A DNA stretch of 64,000 bases from Antechinus flavipes (lineage: Eukaryota). Each line of letters starts with the position of its first letter. The stretch's first letter is position 1. Under the pieces are notes generated by a model. The model was not told the DNA's origin. It saw only the letters and a program-made list of their open reading frames with translations, and searched no databases. Position numbers and translations under genes: made by a program. Where the stretch lies: assembly GCF_016432865.1 (NCBI RefSeq), contig NC_067401.1, positions 416,640,001 to 416,704,000 of the forward strand. The letters run 5' to 3'. Shown here piece by piece: positions 63,290-64,000 of the stretch.

Positions 63290-64000
63290 AAATGTGTTTT
63301 ATACTATTTTATCTGAGCTTCACAGGACTCCATAAGATAAGTATTATTACTTGCCACTTTACAAATGAGGAAAATGGAACAGTAGAGTTTGGTTGATTTC
63401 CTAGTTAAAAGAATCTGAGACAGGATAAGGACTCAGATCTTTTTGACTCAACGTTCTACAATCTTGGAGGTGGCTGGTGATTCTTGTTATTCATGACTCA
63501 TTTGGGTTTCAACATTCTTTGCTCTACCCTGAACAGCTGTGTTATTCCTTCTTTGATCCTCTCCTTACTCCCCAACAATAGCTTCAAAACAAAACAAAAC
63601 AAACCCAAACAAATGACTTTTTTTTTTGTCCTTAGTTCACTTCAGACCTGGGGAATGCTAACACAATTTTTATGGGGACATGCATAAAAGTATAGAATTT
63701 TGGAGCCAGAAGTGATCTCAAATGTCATCTAATCTGCTAGGTACCTGAATAGGAATATTCTTTTACAACATGCTTCAAAATAAGTCATTCAGCTTCCACT
63801 CAAATATCTTCAGTAATGGAGATCAATAATAATAAGAATTCATATTAGAAAAGTATGTTACGTTTGCCAAGCTCTTTCCTCATGACAATCCTGTGAACTA
63901 AGCAGCCTTAGTATTATCATCTTAGTTGCACAGATGGCAACCGTGGATCTAAGCAGGTAAGAGATTCACCCATGATTATAAGCTGGTCAAAGCTACAGCA
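63290..64000 (-). mobile_element. MIR / MIR3 / L3-type remnants
   Basis: ttacaaatgaggaaaatgg (~63360); tatagaattttggagccagaagtgatctc (~63700); tattatcatcttagttgcacagatgg (~63920). Confidence 0.5.

Noticed and set aside
1-64000. Prokaryotic or phage-type systems (CRISPR arrays, operons, defence islands), tRNA, rRNA, NUMT
   Set aside because: The sequence is mammalian repeat-rich DNA with no long ORFs, no regularly spaced repeat-spacer array and no recognisable structural RNA or mitochondrial segment.

Overview
Eukaryotic, AT-rich, repeat-dense vertebrate DNA. The repeat content (WSINE1-like and Mar1/WALLSI-like CORE-SINEs with RTE-type tails, marsupial-type L1, L2, L3/CR1, MIR/MIR3, hAT MITEs) points to a marsupial, most likely a dasyurid such as the Tasmanian devil. 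That species call is an inference from recalled repeat consensus sequences. No complete protein-coding gene, tRNA, rRNA or CRISPR array is supported. The only good gene evidence is a minus-strand terminal exon starting at 60392, with a few final codons, followed by a roughly 6 kb transposon-free 3' UTR containing several AATAAA signals. I could not name the gene. The rest is intergenic: nested LINE/SINE/DNA-transposon remnants, microsatellites and three assembly gaps. Almost all ORFs in the supplied track come from repeats, microsatellites, gaps or chance. I did not find a convincing new biological system. The best leads are a possible two-exon minus-strand small-ORF/lncRNA unit (about 23.1-25.8 kb), tandem polyadenylation in the long UTR, and several informative retrotransposition structures. 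These include a 17-bp-TSD L1 with a slipped 5' junction, an ORF1-only L1 derivative, and a twin-priming-type inversion later interrupted by a MITE. Repeat family names are from memory and repeat boundaries are approximate (about 20-50 bp) unless a TSD is quoted.
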